42,421 bases of DNA from a virus: the UHGV virus genome UHGV-0165032, one strand, 5' to 3'. This document shows, piece after piece, positions 1 to 8,319 of this stretch. The notes beneath the pieces were generated by a model, which searched no databases, was not told the DNA's origin, and was given only the letters and a program-made list of their open reading frames with translations. Numbering within the stretch: position 1 is the first letter of the stretch; each line of letters starts with the position of its first letter. The position numbers and the translations under genes were made by a program.

Positions 1-100
1 ACTACGGAGCAGCAACGGCCGGGTACTACGGAGCAGCAACAGCTGGGGACAGCGGAGCAGCAACAGCCGGGGACAGCGGAGCAGCAACAAGTCGTGGAAA
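1..100 (+). repeat. Tandem 24-nt coding repeats (ggagcagcaacagccggggacagc-like units) inside the wrap-around gene
   Basis: Direct repetition of gcagcaacagc(c/t)gg(g)(g/t)ac(a/t)(g/a)cgga, about 4 units here and 3 more at 42356..42421. Confidence 0.85.
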
Positions 101-311
101 ATCATCAACAGGCGAAAACGGATTATCTGTTGCAAGAGGAAAAGGGGTAAAAGCAAAAGGAGGGCTAGGTTCGATTTTGGTTATTGCAGAAGAAGAACAA
201 AATAGCTGTAAAATTTCCGACTGGAAAGCAGTAGTTGTTGATGGAGTAAACATCAAAGCAGATACATGGTACACGCTTAAAGATGGAGAACTCATAGAAT
301 CGGAAGATTAG
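1..311 (+). CDS. 3' portion of a wrap-around repeat protein (continues in frame from 42016..42421): GAATAG(D/N/Y)(S/Y) octapeptide tandem repeats followed by a Gly/Lys-rich C-terminal domain
   Basis: Joining 42421 to 1 completes the codon a+ac = N and the frame stays open to TAG at 309-311. The 24-nt tandem repeats are identical at both window ends. Confidence 0.6.
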   Translation, partial: YGAATAGYYGAATAGDSGAATAGDSGAATSRGKSSTGENGLSVARGKGVKAKGGLGSILVIAEEEQNSCKISDWKAVVVDGVNIKADTWYTLKDGELIESED

Positions 312-400
312 ATTTATAAAATGCCCCGGCGGTGCAGCGAACACCAACCGGAGCCGTAACCACATTACCATACTAATGCGGATACAGGAATATTTTACCA

Positions 401-433
401 TTTCCTCCTGTATTACGCAAGCACAGGAGGAAA
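401..433 (+). promoter_or_regulatory. 11-bp stem-loop (tttcctcctgt / acaggaggaaa) that sequesters the AGGAGG ribosome-binding site of the 440..706 ORF
   Basis: Perfect inverted repeat with an 11-nt loop. The 3' arm contains the SD 7 nt upstream of ATG 440. Confidence 0.45.
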
Positions 434-439
434 ATATTT

Positions 440-706
440 ATGAACATTGAAAACCAGAAGGACAAGCCAACATGGGAAGGGCTGGAGCAGTATTTTGCTG
501 TAGAGGTAATCGAGCAGAGCAAGAGGAATGCAAAGCATTGGTTTATAGCGTTCCTGGTAACGCTGGCGGCGTTGATAGGCACCAATGCTGCATGGCTTTA
601 TACCGCGGGTACATATGACTATGTTTCCCAGGATGGCACCGGATTGAACAACATCAACACAGGAACACAAGGAGACTTAGAGAATGGGACAGAAAGCCAG
701 GATTAA
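440..706 (+). CDS. hypothetical small membrane protein (one predicted TM: WFIAFLVTLAALIGTNAAWLY)
   Basis: ORF with strong SD; hydrophobic segment. Confidence 0.55.
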   Translation: MNIENQKDKPTWEGLEQYFAVEVIEQSKRNAKHWFIAFLVTLAALIGTNAAWLYTAGTYDYVSQDGTGLNNINTGTQGDLENGTESQD

Positions 707-755
707 GAAGAACGGCAAGAGCCGGGGAATTAAGAGAAAGAGGAGGAGATAAACG

Positions 756-854
756 ATGTACATTAATCCATTTTTAGCAGGAGTTGTTTGCACTGTTTTT
801 GCAGAGATACTAATAATTATAGCAATAGCGTTTTACCAGTATTTTAACATTTAG
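756..854 (+). CDS. 32-aa hydrophobic peptide (MYINPFLAGVVCTVFAEILIIIAIAFYQYFNI)
   Basis: AGAGGAGGAG SD 6 nt upstream of ATG. Single TM-like peptide, not in the ORF track because it is under 60 aa. Confidence 0.35.
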   Translation: MYINPFLAGVVCTVFAEILIIIAIAFYQYFNI

Positions 855-867
855 GAGGAGAGAAGCT

Positions 868-1056
868 GTGAAGGTTGTAGATGTAAAAAAAGAACTGTTT
901 GACAATAAAATACTTATCTTGGCATCAGATATAATATCACTCAGCCGTGATAATGCTAGTCTTGATGACAGGTACATAAACCTTATCAGGAGCAAGGCGC
1001 TTGCCATACTTACAAAGTGTGATGATTATTTGTTAAGAGATAATCCACAAAACTGA
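868..1056 (+). CDS. hypothetical early protein
   Basis: GTG start after AGGAGGAG SD. Confidence 0.45.
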   Translation: MKVVDVKKELFDNKILILASDIISLSRDNASLDDRYINLIRSKALAILTKCDDYLLRDNPQN

Positions 1057-1076
1057 GAGTTAAGGAGGAAGTAAGA

Positions 1077-1304
1077 GTGAAAACTAAGAAGCCGTCAGAA
1101 TGGCAAAAGGACAGTATCCGGCTACTGATAGAAGAAGCCAAAATAAGAAATAACTTTGATGATAATGAGCTGGCCTTGTATTTGGGTTTTTGTACAAGCT
1201 CGTTTAGAGAGCGTAAAGCCAACCCTGAAAAACTGACAATAGAAAAATTACAGATACTTCTGCAATTGACCGGAAAGGAGATGAAATTTGTTGAAACGGC
1301 TTGA
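1077..1304 (+). CDS. hypothetical early protein
   Basis: GTG start after AAGGAGGAAG SD. Confidence 0.45.
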   Translation: MKTKKPSEWQKDSIRLLIEEAKIRNNFDDNELALYLGFCTSSFRERKANPEKLTIEKLQILLQLTGKEMKFVETA

Positions 1305-1596
1305 ATACATACCTGTTGGTAAAACACACTTAAGCCCGCGGCAGAAAGACCGGATGATTATTCGCGGTTTAACCGCTGCGGTGATGGTCTTAAGCGGATT
1401 GCTGGTGATATGCATGGCGGTGATATTATGAGCCGCCGCCGGAATGGAACCAACCGGGCCGGGGCAATGATAAATGCTAGTCGGTACACCGGATATGGTA
1501 AGCCAATAAAAAAGGTCGTCAGCTTGACAGAGCTAAACGACCGGATACAAAAAATAACTCAGTCTGATTATATCAGAGATTATGGAGGTTTGCAAG

Positions 1597-1779
1597 ATGG
1601 AAGAAAGAACAGTTGAAATTACGGCCAATGAATATAGAAAGCTTATTGAGCTTGAAGGTCGGGTAAATGCAGCTTTGGTTTTTTTGGATACAGATGAATA
1701 TGCCCAGCGTAATGTGTTGGTCGGTATTTTGAGAGGCGTACCGGCTAAAGTTCCCAATGATAAAACACATGATGAATAA
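1597..1779 (+). CDS. hypothetical early protein
   Basis: ATG 1597 preceded by GGAGG. The upstream part of the listed ORF (1582) lacks an SD. Confidence 0.4.
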   Translation: MEERTVEITANEYRKLIELEGRVNAALVFLDTDEYAQRNVLVGILRGVPAKVPNDKTHDE

Positions 1780-1960
1780 TTCTAAATGTGATTCTTGTGG
1801 ATGTTTTCTTGACCCGGAACATTGGAAAGAATGTGATAAATGCCATCAGAGGGAACTTAAGCGAGTGAAAAAGGCAGAAAGAATGCAGGAGCCTATCAAA
1901 TCAGAGGGTCAGAATTACACTTTATATTCAGATGGAGGACAAGTAGATGAACTTATATGA
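1757..1960 (+). CDS. Cys-rich (CxxC...CxxC) small protein, probable zinc ribbon
   Basis: CDSCGCF...CDKCH motif pairs. Confidence 0.45.
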   Translation: MIKHMMNNSKCDSCGCFLDPEHWKECDKCHQRELKRVKKAERMQEPIKSEGQNYTLYSDGGQVDELI

Positions 1961-2408
1961 AATTGATACAGAAATATTGGGTTGCGTTGACATGGAAACA
2001 GGGGAAATCATAGACGATGGACGTCTGGACCGACTCCAGATGGAAAAGGAAAAGAAAATTGAGAATATAGCTTGCTGGTACAAAAATCTCAAAGCGGAGG
2101 AGGGTGCCATTGATTCTGAAATTAAAAATCTTAATGCAAGAAAAGTAGCCGCAGGTAATCAGGCCGAACGGCTTAAGGAATACTTATCTGGATATCTTGA
2201 CGGTGAGAAGTTCAAAACGGCGAGAATTTCAATATCTTACCGTAAATCAGAATCGGTTGTGATTGAGGATACATCTAATATCCCTACAGAATACCTTGTT
2301 ACCAAGGAGCCGGAACCGAGCAAAACCAAAATTAAAGAAGCCATAAAAGGAGGTCTTACAGTTCCAGGGGCGCATATTGAACAGAAACAGAATATACAGA
2401 TTAAGTAG
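1947..2408 (+). CDS. siphovirus Gp157-family protein
   Basis: N-terminal MNLYEI...CWYKNL pattern and its position immediately upstream of the annealing-protein gene. Confidence 0.6.
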   Translation: MNLYEIDTEILGCVDMETGEIIDDGRLDRLQMEKEKKIENIACWYKNLKAEEGAIDSEIKNLNARKVAAGNQAERLKEYLSGYLDGEKFKTARISISYRKSESVVIEDTSNIPTEYLVTKEPEPSKTKIKEAIKGGLTVPGAHIEQKQNIQIK

Positions 2409-2417
2409 GTGTTGTGT

Positions 2418-3092
2418 ATGGAAAATCTTGACTTATACCAAAAGGTCCGTTCTGTTCCAGATAGCGCCAAGAAAACCATTAAGGGAGGCCGTACTATCGG
2501 TATGACCGATATTAACCCCATGTGGCGCATAAAAGTCCTTACTGAGCAGTTCGGGCCATGTGGGATAGGATGGTACTACATTACAACGCGGAAGTGGTTG
2601 GAAACATCGGGTAATGAGATTGCGGCTTTTGTAGATATCGAATTATACATAAAGGTTGACGGAGAGTGGTCTAAACCAATCCCAGGAAACGGCGGGAGTA
2701 TGTTTGCTCAAAAGGAGAAGTCTGGAATATATGTATCTGACGAATGTTACAAGATGGCAACCACAGATGCTATATCGGTAGCGTGTAAGCAGCTCGGAAT
2801 TGGCGCGGATGTGTACTGGGATTCAGACCGAACTAAATACAATAAGCAGCATAATCCTGATTTGATTACTGAATCCGATATCAATGAAATATTTTTGGAA
2901 CTGAAACGGACGGGAATAGGGATTAAGAATGTGCTATCAAAGTATGGACTGACTGATATCCATGATATGACTAATTCCCAGGCAAATGAAACAATTAAAA
3001 AACTGAAAGAGAATCCAAATAAAGAGTTAGTTATGCAGCCACCGAATGATATGCAGGATAGTGAACTACCATGGAATGACCCAAAGAGGTGA
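2418..3092 (+). CDS. single-strand annealing protein (Rad52/Sak/ERF-like recombinase)
   Basis: Conserved core GGRTIGMTDINPMWRIKVLTEQFGPCGIGW...GNGGSMF...AISVACKQLGIGADVYW, typical of phage Rad52-like SSAPs. Sits next to the Gp157 gene. Confidence 0.6.
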   Translation: MENLDLYQKVRSVPDSAKKTIKGGRTIGMTDINPMWRIKVLTEQFGPCGIGWYYITTRKWLETSGNEIAAFVDIELYIKVDGEWSKPIPGNGGSMFAQKEKSGIYVSDECYKMATTDAISVACKQLGIGADVYWDSDRTKYNKQHNPDLITESDINEIFLELKRTGIGIKNVLSKYGLTDIHDMTNSQANETIKKLKENPNKELVMQPPNDMQDSELPWNDPKR

Positions 3093-3096
3093 TTAT

Positions 3097-3726
3097 ATGC
3101 ATGAGGCAGCAGACATAATAGCATACAAGCTTGTTCCAGAGGGAACGTATCTAAAGATATTTATTACTGGAAAAAATCTTATGGAACCAATCGTTGATAA
3201 GCACATGAATAGATGCAGTGTATGGCTTGACGATGGTAGACATATAAGTGCAGACCAGCGCAGGAAGATTTATGCCACAGTTAATGACATCTCCGCCTAT
3301 TCCGGGAACGTGCCGGAGGTTGAGAAAGAATGGCTTAAGTATTTACACATCAACCGGACCGGATGCGGATATTTTTCACTGTCTGATTGCTCTATGGATA
3401 CTGCCAGGGAATTTATCAATACCATGCTGGATTATGCGCTGGAACAGGGGATACCATTATTAGATTTTGCCCTTAACCGTACCGATGATATAGGTCATTA
3501 CCTATATGCTTGCATAAAGCTTCGTAAATGCGCCATATGTGGGAAAGAAGGAGAAATCCATCACGTAGACACGATTGGGATGGGGAATGACCGAAGGAAG
3601 GTTGATGATTCTAAGTACCGAAAAATATGTCTATGTCGTAAGCATCATACAGAGGCACATAACATCGGTATGATAGCGTTTGAAAGAAGATACAAGGTAT
3701 ACGGAATTACATATTCTGATAAGTAA
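3097..3726 (+). CDS. DUF968-type HNH-like nuclease
   Basis: C-terminal CAICGKEGEIHHV...LCRKHHTEAH Cys/His motif; ATG 3097 with AAAGAGGTG SD. Confidence 0.55.
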   Translation: MHEAADIIAYKLVPEGTYLKIFITGKNLMEPIVDKHMNRCSVWLDDGRHISADQRRKIYATVNDISAYSGNVPEVEKEWLKYLHINRTGCGYFSLSDCSMDTAREFINTMLDYALEQGIPLLDFALNRTDDIGHYLYACIKLRKCAICGKEGEIHHVDTIGMGNDRRKVDDSKYRKICLCRKHHTEAHNIGMIAFERRYKVYGITYSDK

Positions 3727-3747
3727 CAGGTATTAATCCCCTAAGGG

Positions 3748-4227
3748 ATGATACATAGAACAACACTTGGTCAGATTGCGATATGTCACGATATACTTTC
3801 TGACCCTGGGCCGGGACCTATCAGACCTCCTTTACCCGGCCCGAAAGGAGGGATTGAATTGAGATACACAAAAAATTCTGATGTTATCCAATGTGCTGTG
3901 TACAATGCCCTGGGCGTAGGAAAACAGAATGCCATAAGCAGGGCGGAACTCAGCCGGATTACTGGATATAAGGATAGACGTATCCGTGAGGCAATAGAGG
4001 GCATGCGATACAGTAAGGTTATCATTAACCTGGACAATGGTGACGGATATTACATACCTGACTCAACGCTCCAGGGCCGCCGTGAAGCCGCTGCCTGGAT
4101 TGCAAGGCAGGACAGGAGGATACAGTCCATGAAGGCAGCTACAAAGGGCGCTAGGCGGTTCGTGAACGGGGTAAGGAGCAAGGGTATCCCAGGCCAGATA
4201 AGTATGTTCGGGATGGGAGGCATGTAG
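3748..4227 (+). CDS. hypothetical DNA-binding protein (winged-helix-like: ISRAELSRITGYKDRRIREAIEGM)
   Basis: HTH-like segment; replication-module context. Confidence 0.4.
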   Translation: MIHRTTLGQIAICHDILSDPGPGPIRPPLPGPKGGIELRYTKNSDVIQCAVYNALGVGKQNAISRAELSRITGYKDRRIREAIEGMRYSKVIINLDNGDGYYIPDSTLQGRREAAAWIARQDRRIQSMKAATKGARRFVNGVRSKGIPGQISMFGMGGM

Positions 4228-4590
4228 ATGGGGAAATCGCAGCGTGAAAAAGGGAAGCGCGGAGAACGGGAACTTGCCAATCTCCTTAAGGACCATGGAT
4301 ACAACTGCCGTAGGGGCCAGCAGTATTGTGGCACCAACGGGGATGCGGATGTGGTGGGACTTCCAGGCATACATATCGAGTGCAAGAGGGTAGAGCGCCT
4401 TAACCTTGAGGATGCCATGACACAGGCCATAGATGATACAGCGGCAGAGAAATTACCATTCGGCGAGGAAATATACCCTGCAGTGTTCCACCGCCGCAAT
4501 CGTGGCTCCTGGTTGGTTACAATGCGCCTGGATGACTGGATGAACCTGTATCGAGAATGGGGTTCTGGTAGACAGTTGGATGGTGGTTGA
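4228..4590 (+). CDS. Holliday-junction resolvase, Hjc-like PD-(D/E)XK fold
   Basis: KGKRGERELANLLKDHGY...GDADVVG...IECK pattern resembles Hjc-type resolvases. Confidence 0.5.
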   Translation: MGKSQREKGKRGERELANLLKDHGYNCRRGQQYCGTNGDADVVGLPGIHIECKRVERLNLEDAMTQAIDDTAAEKLPFGEEIYPAVFHRRNRGSWLVTMRLDDWMNLYREWGSGRQLDGG

Positions 4591-5326
4591 TATGAGGGAG
4601 AGCGTAGTATTTTACAGAAGTTTTTATGAAGCTGTCAAGGAACTCCCGCCAGAACAGTTCAAAGCTGCGGTAACTGCGATTATGGAGTATGGTCTGAATG
4701 AGAAAGAACCGGAAACAAGTGGGATTGAACGGACGATATTCCTCCTCACCAAACCCCAGATTGATGCCAATAACCGCAAATACCTAAATGGAACCAAGGG
4801 AGGCAGACCTAAAACCTCGCAGGAACCTACCAATAACCAAACCAGAACCAAAAGTAAACCTACAAATAACCAAACCGAAACCAAACCAGAACCCAAGGTA
4901 AAGGATAAGGTAAAGGATAAGGTAAAGGTAAAGGATAATGATAATACATTTTGCCCGGAGCCGGATAAATCCGCTCCAGGCAGCCCGGTGGCAATATCCT
5001 TTATGCTAAATGATAAATCCATGTATGATGTGACGGAGAATGACGTGGACATGTTCCAGAAGCTCTATCCGGCCATTGATGTCATGCAGGAGATGCGTAA
5101 GGTTGTGGGGTGGTGTGAGAGCAATCCGAAGAACCGAAAGACCAGAAGCGGGGCAAAGCGGTTCCTGAACGGATGGCTGTCAAGGGCGCAGGACAGGGCA
5201 AGACCATCCCAAATACCCGTAAAGCAAAACAATAATAAATTCCACAATTTTGACCAGCGTGATACAGATTATGATGCCATTGCCATGCAGAAAACGCAGG
5301 AATGGCTAAAAGGAGGAGATGATTGA
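4580..5326 (+). CDS. phage replisome organizer / replication initiation protein with a DnaD-like C-terminal domain
   Basis: N-terminal ESVVFYRSFYEAVKELPPEQFKAAVTAIMEYGL plus C-terminal DnaD-like FQKLYPAID...GWCESNP...RFLNGWLSRAQ, separated by a low-complexity linker. Confidence 0.6.
   Translation: MVVDMRESVVFYRSFYEAVKELPPEQFKAAVTAIMEYGLNEKEPETSGIERTIFLLTKPQIDANNRKYLNGTKGGRPKTSQEPTNNQTRTKSKPTNNQTETKPEPKVKDKVKDKVKVKDNDNTFCPEPDKSAPGSPVAISFMLNDKSMYDVTENDVDMFQKLYPAIDVMQEMRKVVGWCESNPKNRKTRSGAKRFLNGWLSRAQDRARPSQIPVKQNNNKFHNFDQRDTDYDAIAMQKTQEWLKGGDD
4896..4940 (+). repeat. tandem ggtaaaggataa-type repeats encoding the KVKDKVKDKVKVKD linker
   Basis: direct repetition visible in the sequence. Confidence 0.7.
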
Positions 5327-5329
5327 TTT

Positions 5330-5506
5330 ATGGGAAAACCGGATGGAAGGAGCGCACTGTTTTTGGAAATGGATGCCAAGTTCCGGGCAATCCAGAATAA
5401 CCAGGAGCGTATTATTAAGCTTCTGGAAGGAGGGGATGAGAAGCCGAAAAAAGAGGAAACCATAACGGAAGCCTACGCCTGGACACACACCAAGATGCCC
5501 ATTTAG
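5330..5506 (+). CDS. 58-aa hypothetical protein
   Basis: AAGGAGGAGATGA SD then ATG 5330. Not in the ORF track because it is under 60 aa. Confidence 0.4.
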   Translation: MGKPDGRSALFLEMDAKFRAIQNNQERIIKLLEGGDEKPKKEETITEAYAWTHTKMPI

Positions 5507-5521
5507 CGGAGGAAGGAAACC

Positions 5522-6448
5522 ATGGGATTAGAAGTGTTTGACCATTACGAATGTGATGGTCAGATGGGGATAGAGGACATTGCCCCGGGACGGCAGCTCA
5601 CCCACCTGTCCCTATTCAGCGGGATTGGGGGCCTGGATTTGGCTGCGGAGTGGGCAGGATTTGAAAGTGTGGGGCAATGCGAGTTTGCGGATTACCCCAC
5701 AAAGATACTGGAGCGGCATTGGCCGGATGTGCCACGCTGGAGGGATATAAGGACATTAACGGGAGAAAGCTTTTATGAACGAACAGGTTTGCGGACAGTT
5801 GACATTATTTCAGGAGGATTTCCCTGTCAACCATTTTCTAACGCCGGGAAGCGCAGAGGCGAGGAAGATGACCGTTACCTCTGGCCGGAAATGGTTAGGG
5901 TTATCGCGGAACTGCGGCCCACTTGGGTTGTTGGAGAAAATGTTGCTGGAATCATCAATATGGCATTCGACAAGGTGCTATCTGACCTGGAGGGCCAAGG
6001 ATACGCCACACGGACATTTCTTATACCAGCTTGCGGCGTCAACGCCCCACACCAGCGATACAGGACCGCAATCGTGGCCCACGCCAACCGCATCGGACAG
6101 TTTCACAGGACAGATGAGGTCAAGCCAGCAGAAAGAGGGAAGCCGCCACAGCCTGAATCTTGCAGATGCTGTGAAAATATGGCCGACACCAGTAGCAAGG
6201 GATTTCAGGACGGGTCAGGGAAAAAGATGCCAGAGGAGCAGGACGCTGAACGATACAATAGCCGCGGAGGGGAACCAGATGGAACCAGGCAGTGGGCAGT
6301 TGAACCCAACGTGGGTAGAGTGGCTCATGGGATTCCCAACCGGGTGGACAGAATCAAGTGCCTTGGAAACGCGGTAGTGCCGCAGCAGTTCTATCCGATT
6401 TTCCGAGCAATATCAGAAATAGAGTTAGGGACCAAAACACGTATTTAG
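5522..6448 (+). CDS. DNA (cytosine-5)-methyltransferase, phage Dcm-type
   Basis: Motif I LFSGIGG, motif IV GGFPCQPFSNAG, motif VI VVGENV, motif VIII PHQRYRTAIVA, and C-terminal EPNVGRVAHGIPNRVDRIKCLGNAVVPQ (motif X-like). Confidence 0.85.
   Translation: MGLEVFDHYECDGQMGIEDIAPGRQLTHLSLFSGIGGLDLAAEWAGFESVGQCEFADYPTKILERHWPDVPRWRDIRTLTGESFYERTGLRTVDIISGGFPCQPFSNAGKRRGEEDDRYLWPEMVRVIAELRPTWVVGENVAGIINMAFDKVLSDLEGQGYATRTFLIPACGVNAPHQRYRTAIVAHANRIGQFHRTDEVKPAERGKPPQPESCRCCENMADTSSKGFQDGSGKKMPEEQDAERYNSRGGEPDGTRQWAVEPNVGRVAHGIPNRVDRIKCLGNAVVPQQFYPIFRAISEIELGTKTRI
5775..6377 (+). CDS. 200-aa ORF in the +1 frame, nested inside the MTase gene. It carries TRD-like WPTP(T/V)A(S/R)D repeats and LNPTWVEWLMGFPTGWTE, a motif IX-like segment
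   Basis: Own SD (GGAGA 5762-5766) 8 nt before ATG 5775. The frame is open from 5760 to 6377. The motifs resemble target-recognition and motif IX segments of C5-MTases. Confidence 0.35.
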   Translation: MNEQVCGQLTLFQEDFPVNHFLTPGSAEARKMTVTSGRKWLGLSRNCGPLGLLEKMLLESSIWHSTRCYLTWRAKDTPHGHFLYQLAASTPHTSDTGPQSWPTPTASDSFTGQMRSSQQKEGSRHSLNLADAVKIWPTPVARDFRTGQGKRCQRSRTLNDTIAAEGNQMEPGSGQLNPTWVEWLMGFPTGWTESSALETR

Positions 6449-6460
6449 AGGAGAAAAGCC

Positions 6461-6580
6461 ATGAGTAGCAGATACAGAGAAGAACAGGAGTCAGTAAAGG
6501 GCTGTTCTGGGGAATGCGATTATTGCGGAGATGCCGAAGCGTGTGAACAAAGCGGCTATTGCAAGGAGGCAGAGAGATGA
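6461..6580 (+). CDS. 39-aa Cys-rich peptide (CSGECDYCGDAEACEQSGYC)
   Basis: GAGGAGAAAAG SD then ATG 6461. Confidence 0.35.
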   Translation: MSSRYREEQESVKGCSGECDYCGDAEACEQSGYCKEAER

Positions 6581-6795
6581 AGGCAATGTTAGAAATAAAA
6601 AATATGCCAGAAAGCTGCTATGATTGCCCATGCTGCTCCATTGATAAGCAGTGCAAGGCCAAAGAACACAAAGACATACCAAATGTGTTTCATGGAAGGC
6701 CGGGATGGTGTCCGCTCATAGTGGTGGAGGATGCACCGTTGGCGGAGGCCCGGTGTTACCTGGACATGCCATGCCGGTTCCAGACACCAATATAG
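6577..6795 (+). CDS. Cys-rich small protein (CYDCPCCS...C...C)
   Basis: ATG overlaps the previous stop (ATGA); AGGAGG SD upstream. Confidence 0.45.
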   Translation: MKAMLEIKNMPESCYDCPCCSIDKQCKAKEHKDIPNVFHGRPGWCPLIVVEDAPLAEARCYLDMPCRFQTPI

Positions 6796-6809
6796 GAGGA
6801 GGCATAGGG

Positions 6810-7148
6810 ATGAAATTTGACAAGGAAAAGTTTGAAGGTATGCCAGATGAAAAAAAGTTGGGATTGATAAAGATGTACTTAGGGCTGGCAACCCACAATG
6901 GCATAACAAGGGCAGAATTGCTCATGCTTTTAGACTGGCTCTATCGCAAAGTAAAGCTGGATGAAAAGACAATTAAACAAGCTATTTGCCACTGTTATAT
7001 GACCGAACGTTTTGAATATCCAGGAATGGAAGAAGGGTTATGCGCTGGACTAAGGACCATGGATGGGGATGGAGAACCCTGTGAAATATGCAAAGAATGC
7101 CGTTTGCATTACCAGTATGATGAAATGCATGAGGAGGCAGAGGGATGA
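6810..7148 (+). CDS. hypothetical protein
   Basis: AGGAGGAGG SD then ATG 6810. The longer listed ORF 6651..7148 has no SD upstream. Confidence 0.45.
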   Translation: MKFDKEKFEGMPDEKKLGLIKMYLGLATHNGITRAELLMLLDWLYRKVKLDEKTIKQAICHCYMTERFEYPGMEEGLCAGLRTMDGDGEPCEICKECRLHYQYDEMHEEAEG

Positions 7149-7513
7149 AGGAGATATTATTCCGAGGGAAAAACTTGAAAAATGATGTATGGATATATGG
7201 TAATCTGCTTCGCACTGATGATGGAATGTACATCATCCAGAATCATGTGCCGCACCATCGGTTAAAGGATTATGAAGTTAATCCGAAAACTGTTTGTCAG
7301 TATATAGGCCTTGTAGACAAAAATAGAAGGAAGATATTTGAAGGGGATATTATCAAGGTTCCATACTGCCGGAATGACATATGTACTCTTGGGTTGCGAG
7401 GATGCAATTATTATTTCAAGGGAAAACAAAGTGACTATGAAATCGCAAGTAGCGAAAGTAAGCACTTTGAGGTGATGGGAAATGTTTTTGATAACCCAAA
7501 GTTAATATTGTAA
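7145..7513 (+). CDS. YopX-family protein
   Basis: MKEILFRGK...EVMGNVFDNPKL, the characteristic YopX N- and C-terminal motifs. Confidence 0.6.
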   Translation: MKEILFRGKNLKNDVWIYGNLLRTDDGMYIIQNHVPHHRLKDYEVNPKTVCQYIGLVDKNRRKIFEGDIIKVPYCRNDICTLGLRGCNYYFKGKQSDYEIASSESKHFEVMGNVFDNPKLIL

Positions 7514-7539
7514 ATCGATGTTTATAGGAGAGCTGCGAC

Positions 7540-7719
7540 ATGAAAAACGAAACAATGACAGTAGACGATATTGAGTGTCCTTACTGTGGCAGAGTATTTG
7601 ATGGTGGTGAGGCAACAAATTATGATACCACATGTGATTTTATAAACTGTCCTACGTGTGATGGCGAGATAGAAGTATTACAGTCTGTAACTTATACTTG
7701 TCACCCAGTAAAAAACTAA
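7540..7719 (+). CDS. 59-aa zinc-ribbon protein (CPYCG...CPTCDG)
   Basis: AGGAG SD then ATG 7540. Confidence 0.4.
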   Translation: MKNETMTVDDIECPYCGRVFDGGEATNYDTTCDFINCPTCDGEIEVLQSVTYTCHPVKN

Positions 7720-7741
7720 AATTAGGATTTAGGAGGTCAAG

Positions 7742-8014
7742 ATGGGAAAAGAAATATTAGTTCATGGGGCTATGAAATACAGATGTGAAAAGTGCCACAA
7801 AGAGTGGTGGATGTTTCTTGAAAAGGGAATAGAGGAATTTGGAGAAAACCATAAGCCAAGTCCATTTACAATCAGGTGTAAATGTGGCGGTATGGCGAGA
7901 GATATATCTGGAATCTGCAAAATACCATCTGGAAAATATGAGCCACTTCCACACGGAGAAAGCTATTTTGCAAATAAACCGGAATCAGAATGTGCTGTAC
8001 CAATATTAAACTGA
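7742..8014 (+). CDS. hypothetical Cys-rich protein (CEKCHKEWW...CKCGG)
   Basis: AGGAGG SD 6 nt upstream. Confidence 0.5.
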   Translation: MGKEILVHGAMKYRCEKCHKEWWMFLEKGIEEFGENHKPSPFTIRCKCGGMARDISGICKIPSGKYEPLPHGESYFANKPESECAVPILN

Positions 8015-8055
8015 CAATTGAGCAATATTAACATTTTAACGGAGGTGTAAAGTAA

Positions 8056-8319
8056 ATGGTTACTGTATTTTGCCAGGGCAGGGATATCGGTGGAAATGTG
8101 ACATTTTGGAAAGAAGGAAAATCTTATTTTTATCAATCGGAAGGCATTGGAAATCCGACAAAATGCAGTAAGAAACTATATGATGATGCAGTTGTAGAAT
8201 ACAAGAAACAAAAACGGCAAATTAATATTTTGATGGAGGATAAGAATTGTGGTAAAAGGAAAAGCAAAGTTAATATTTGGAACTGGGGATATTATGATGA
8301 CACCTGTCCTGCGCAGTGA
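8056..8319 (+). CDS. hypothetical protein
   Basis: GGAGG SD upstream. Confidence 0.4.
   Translation: MVTVFCQGRDIGGNVTFWKEGKSYFYQSEGIGNPTKCSKKLYDDAVVEYKKQKRQINILMEDKNCGKRKSKVNIWNWGYYDDTCPAQ

Noticed and set aside
1-100. Terminal 24-nt repeats considered as a CRISPR array or as IS/transposon terminal repeats
   Set aside because: The units are directly adjacent with no spacers, are in frame and encode an octapeptide repeat. The two ends are direct continuations of one ORF, not inverted repeats.
3248-3463. 71-aa alternative-frame ORF inside the DUF968/HNH gene
   Set aside because: It is nested in the wrong frame of a gene with clear conserved motifs, and it has no SD.
6651-7148. 165-aa ORF starting at 6651
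   Set aside because: The N-terminal 53 codons overlap the preceding Cys-rich gene in another frame and have no SD. A strong AGGAGGAGG SD precedes the internal ATG at 6810, so the gene is called as 6810..7148.
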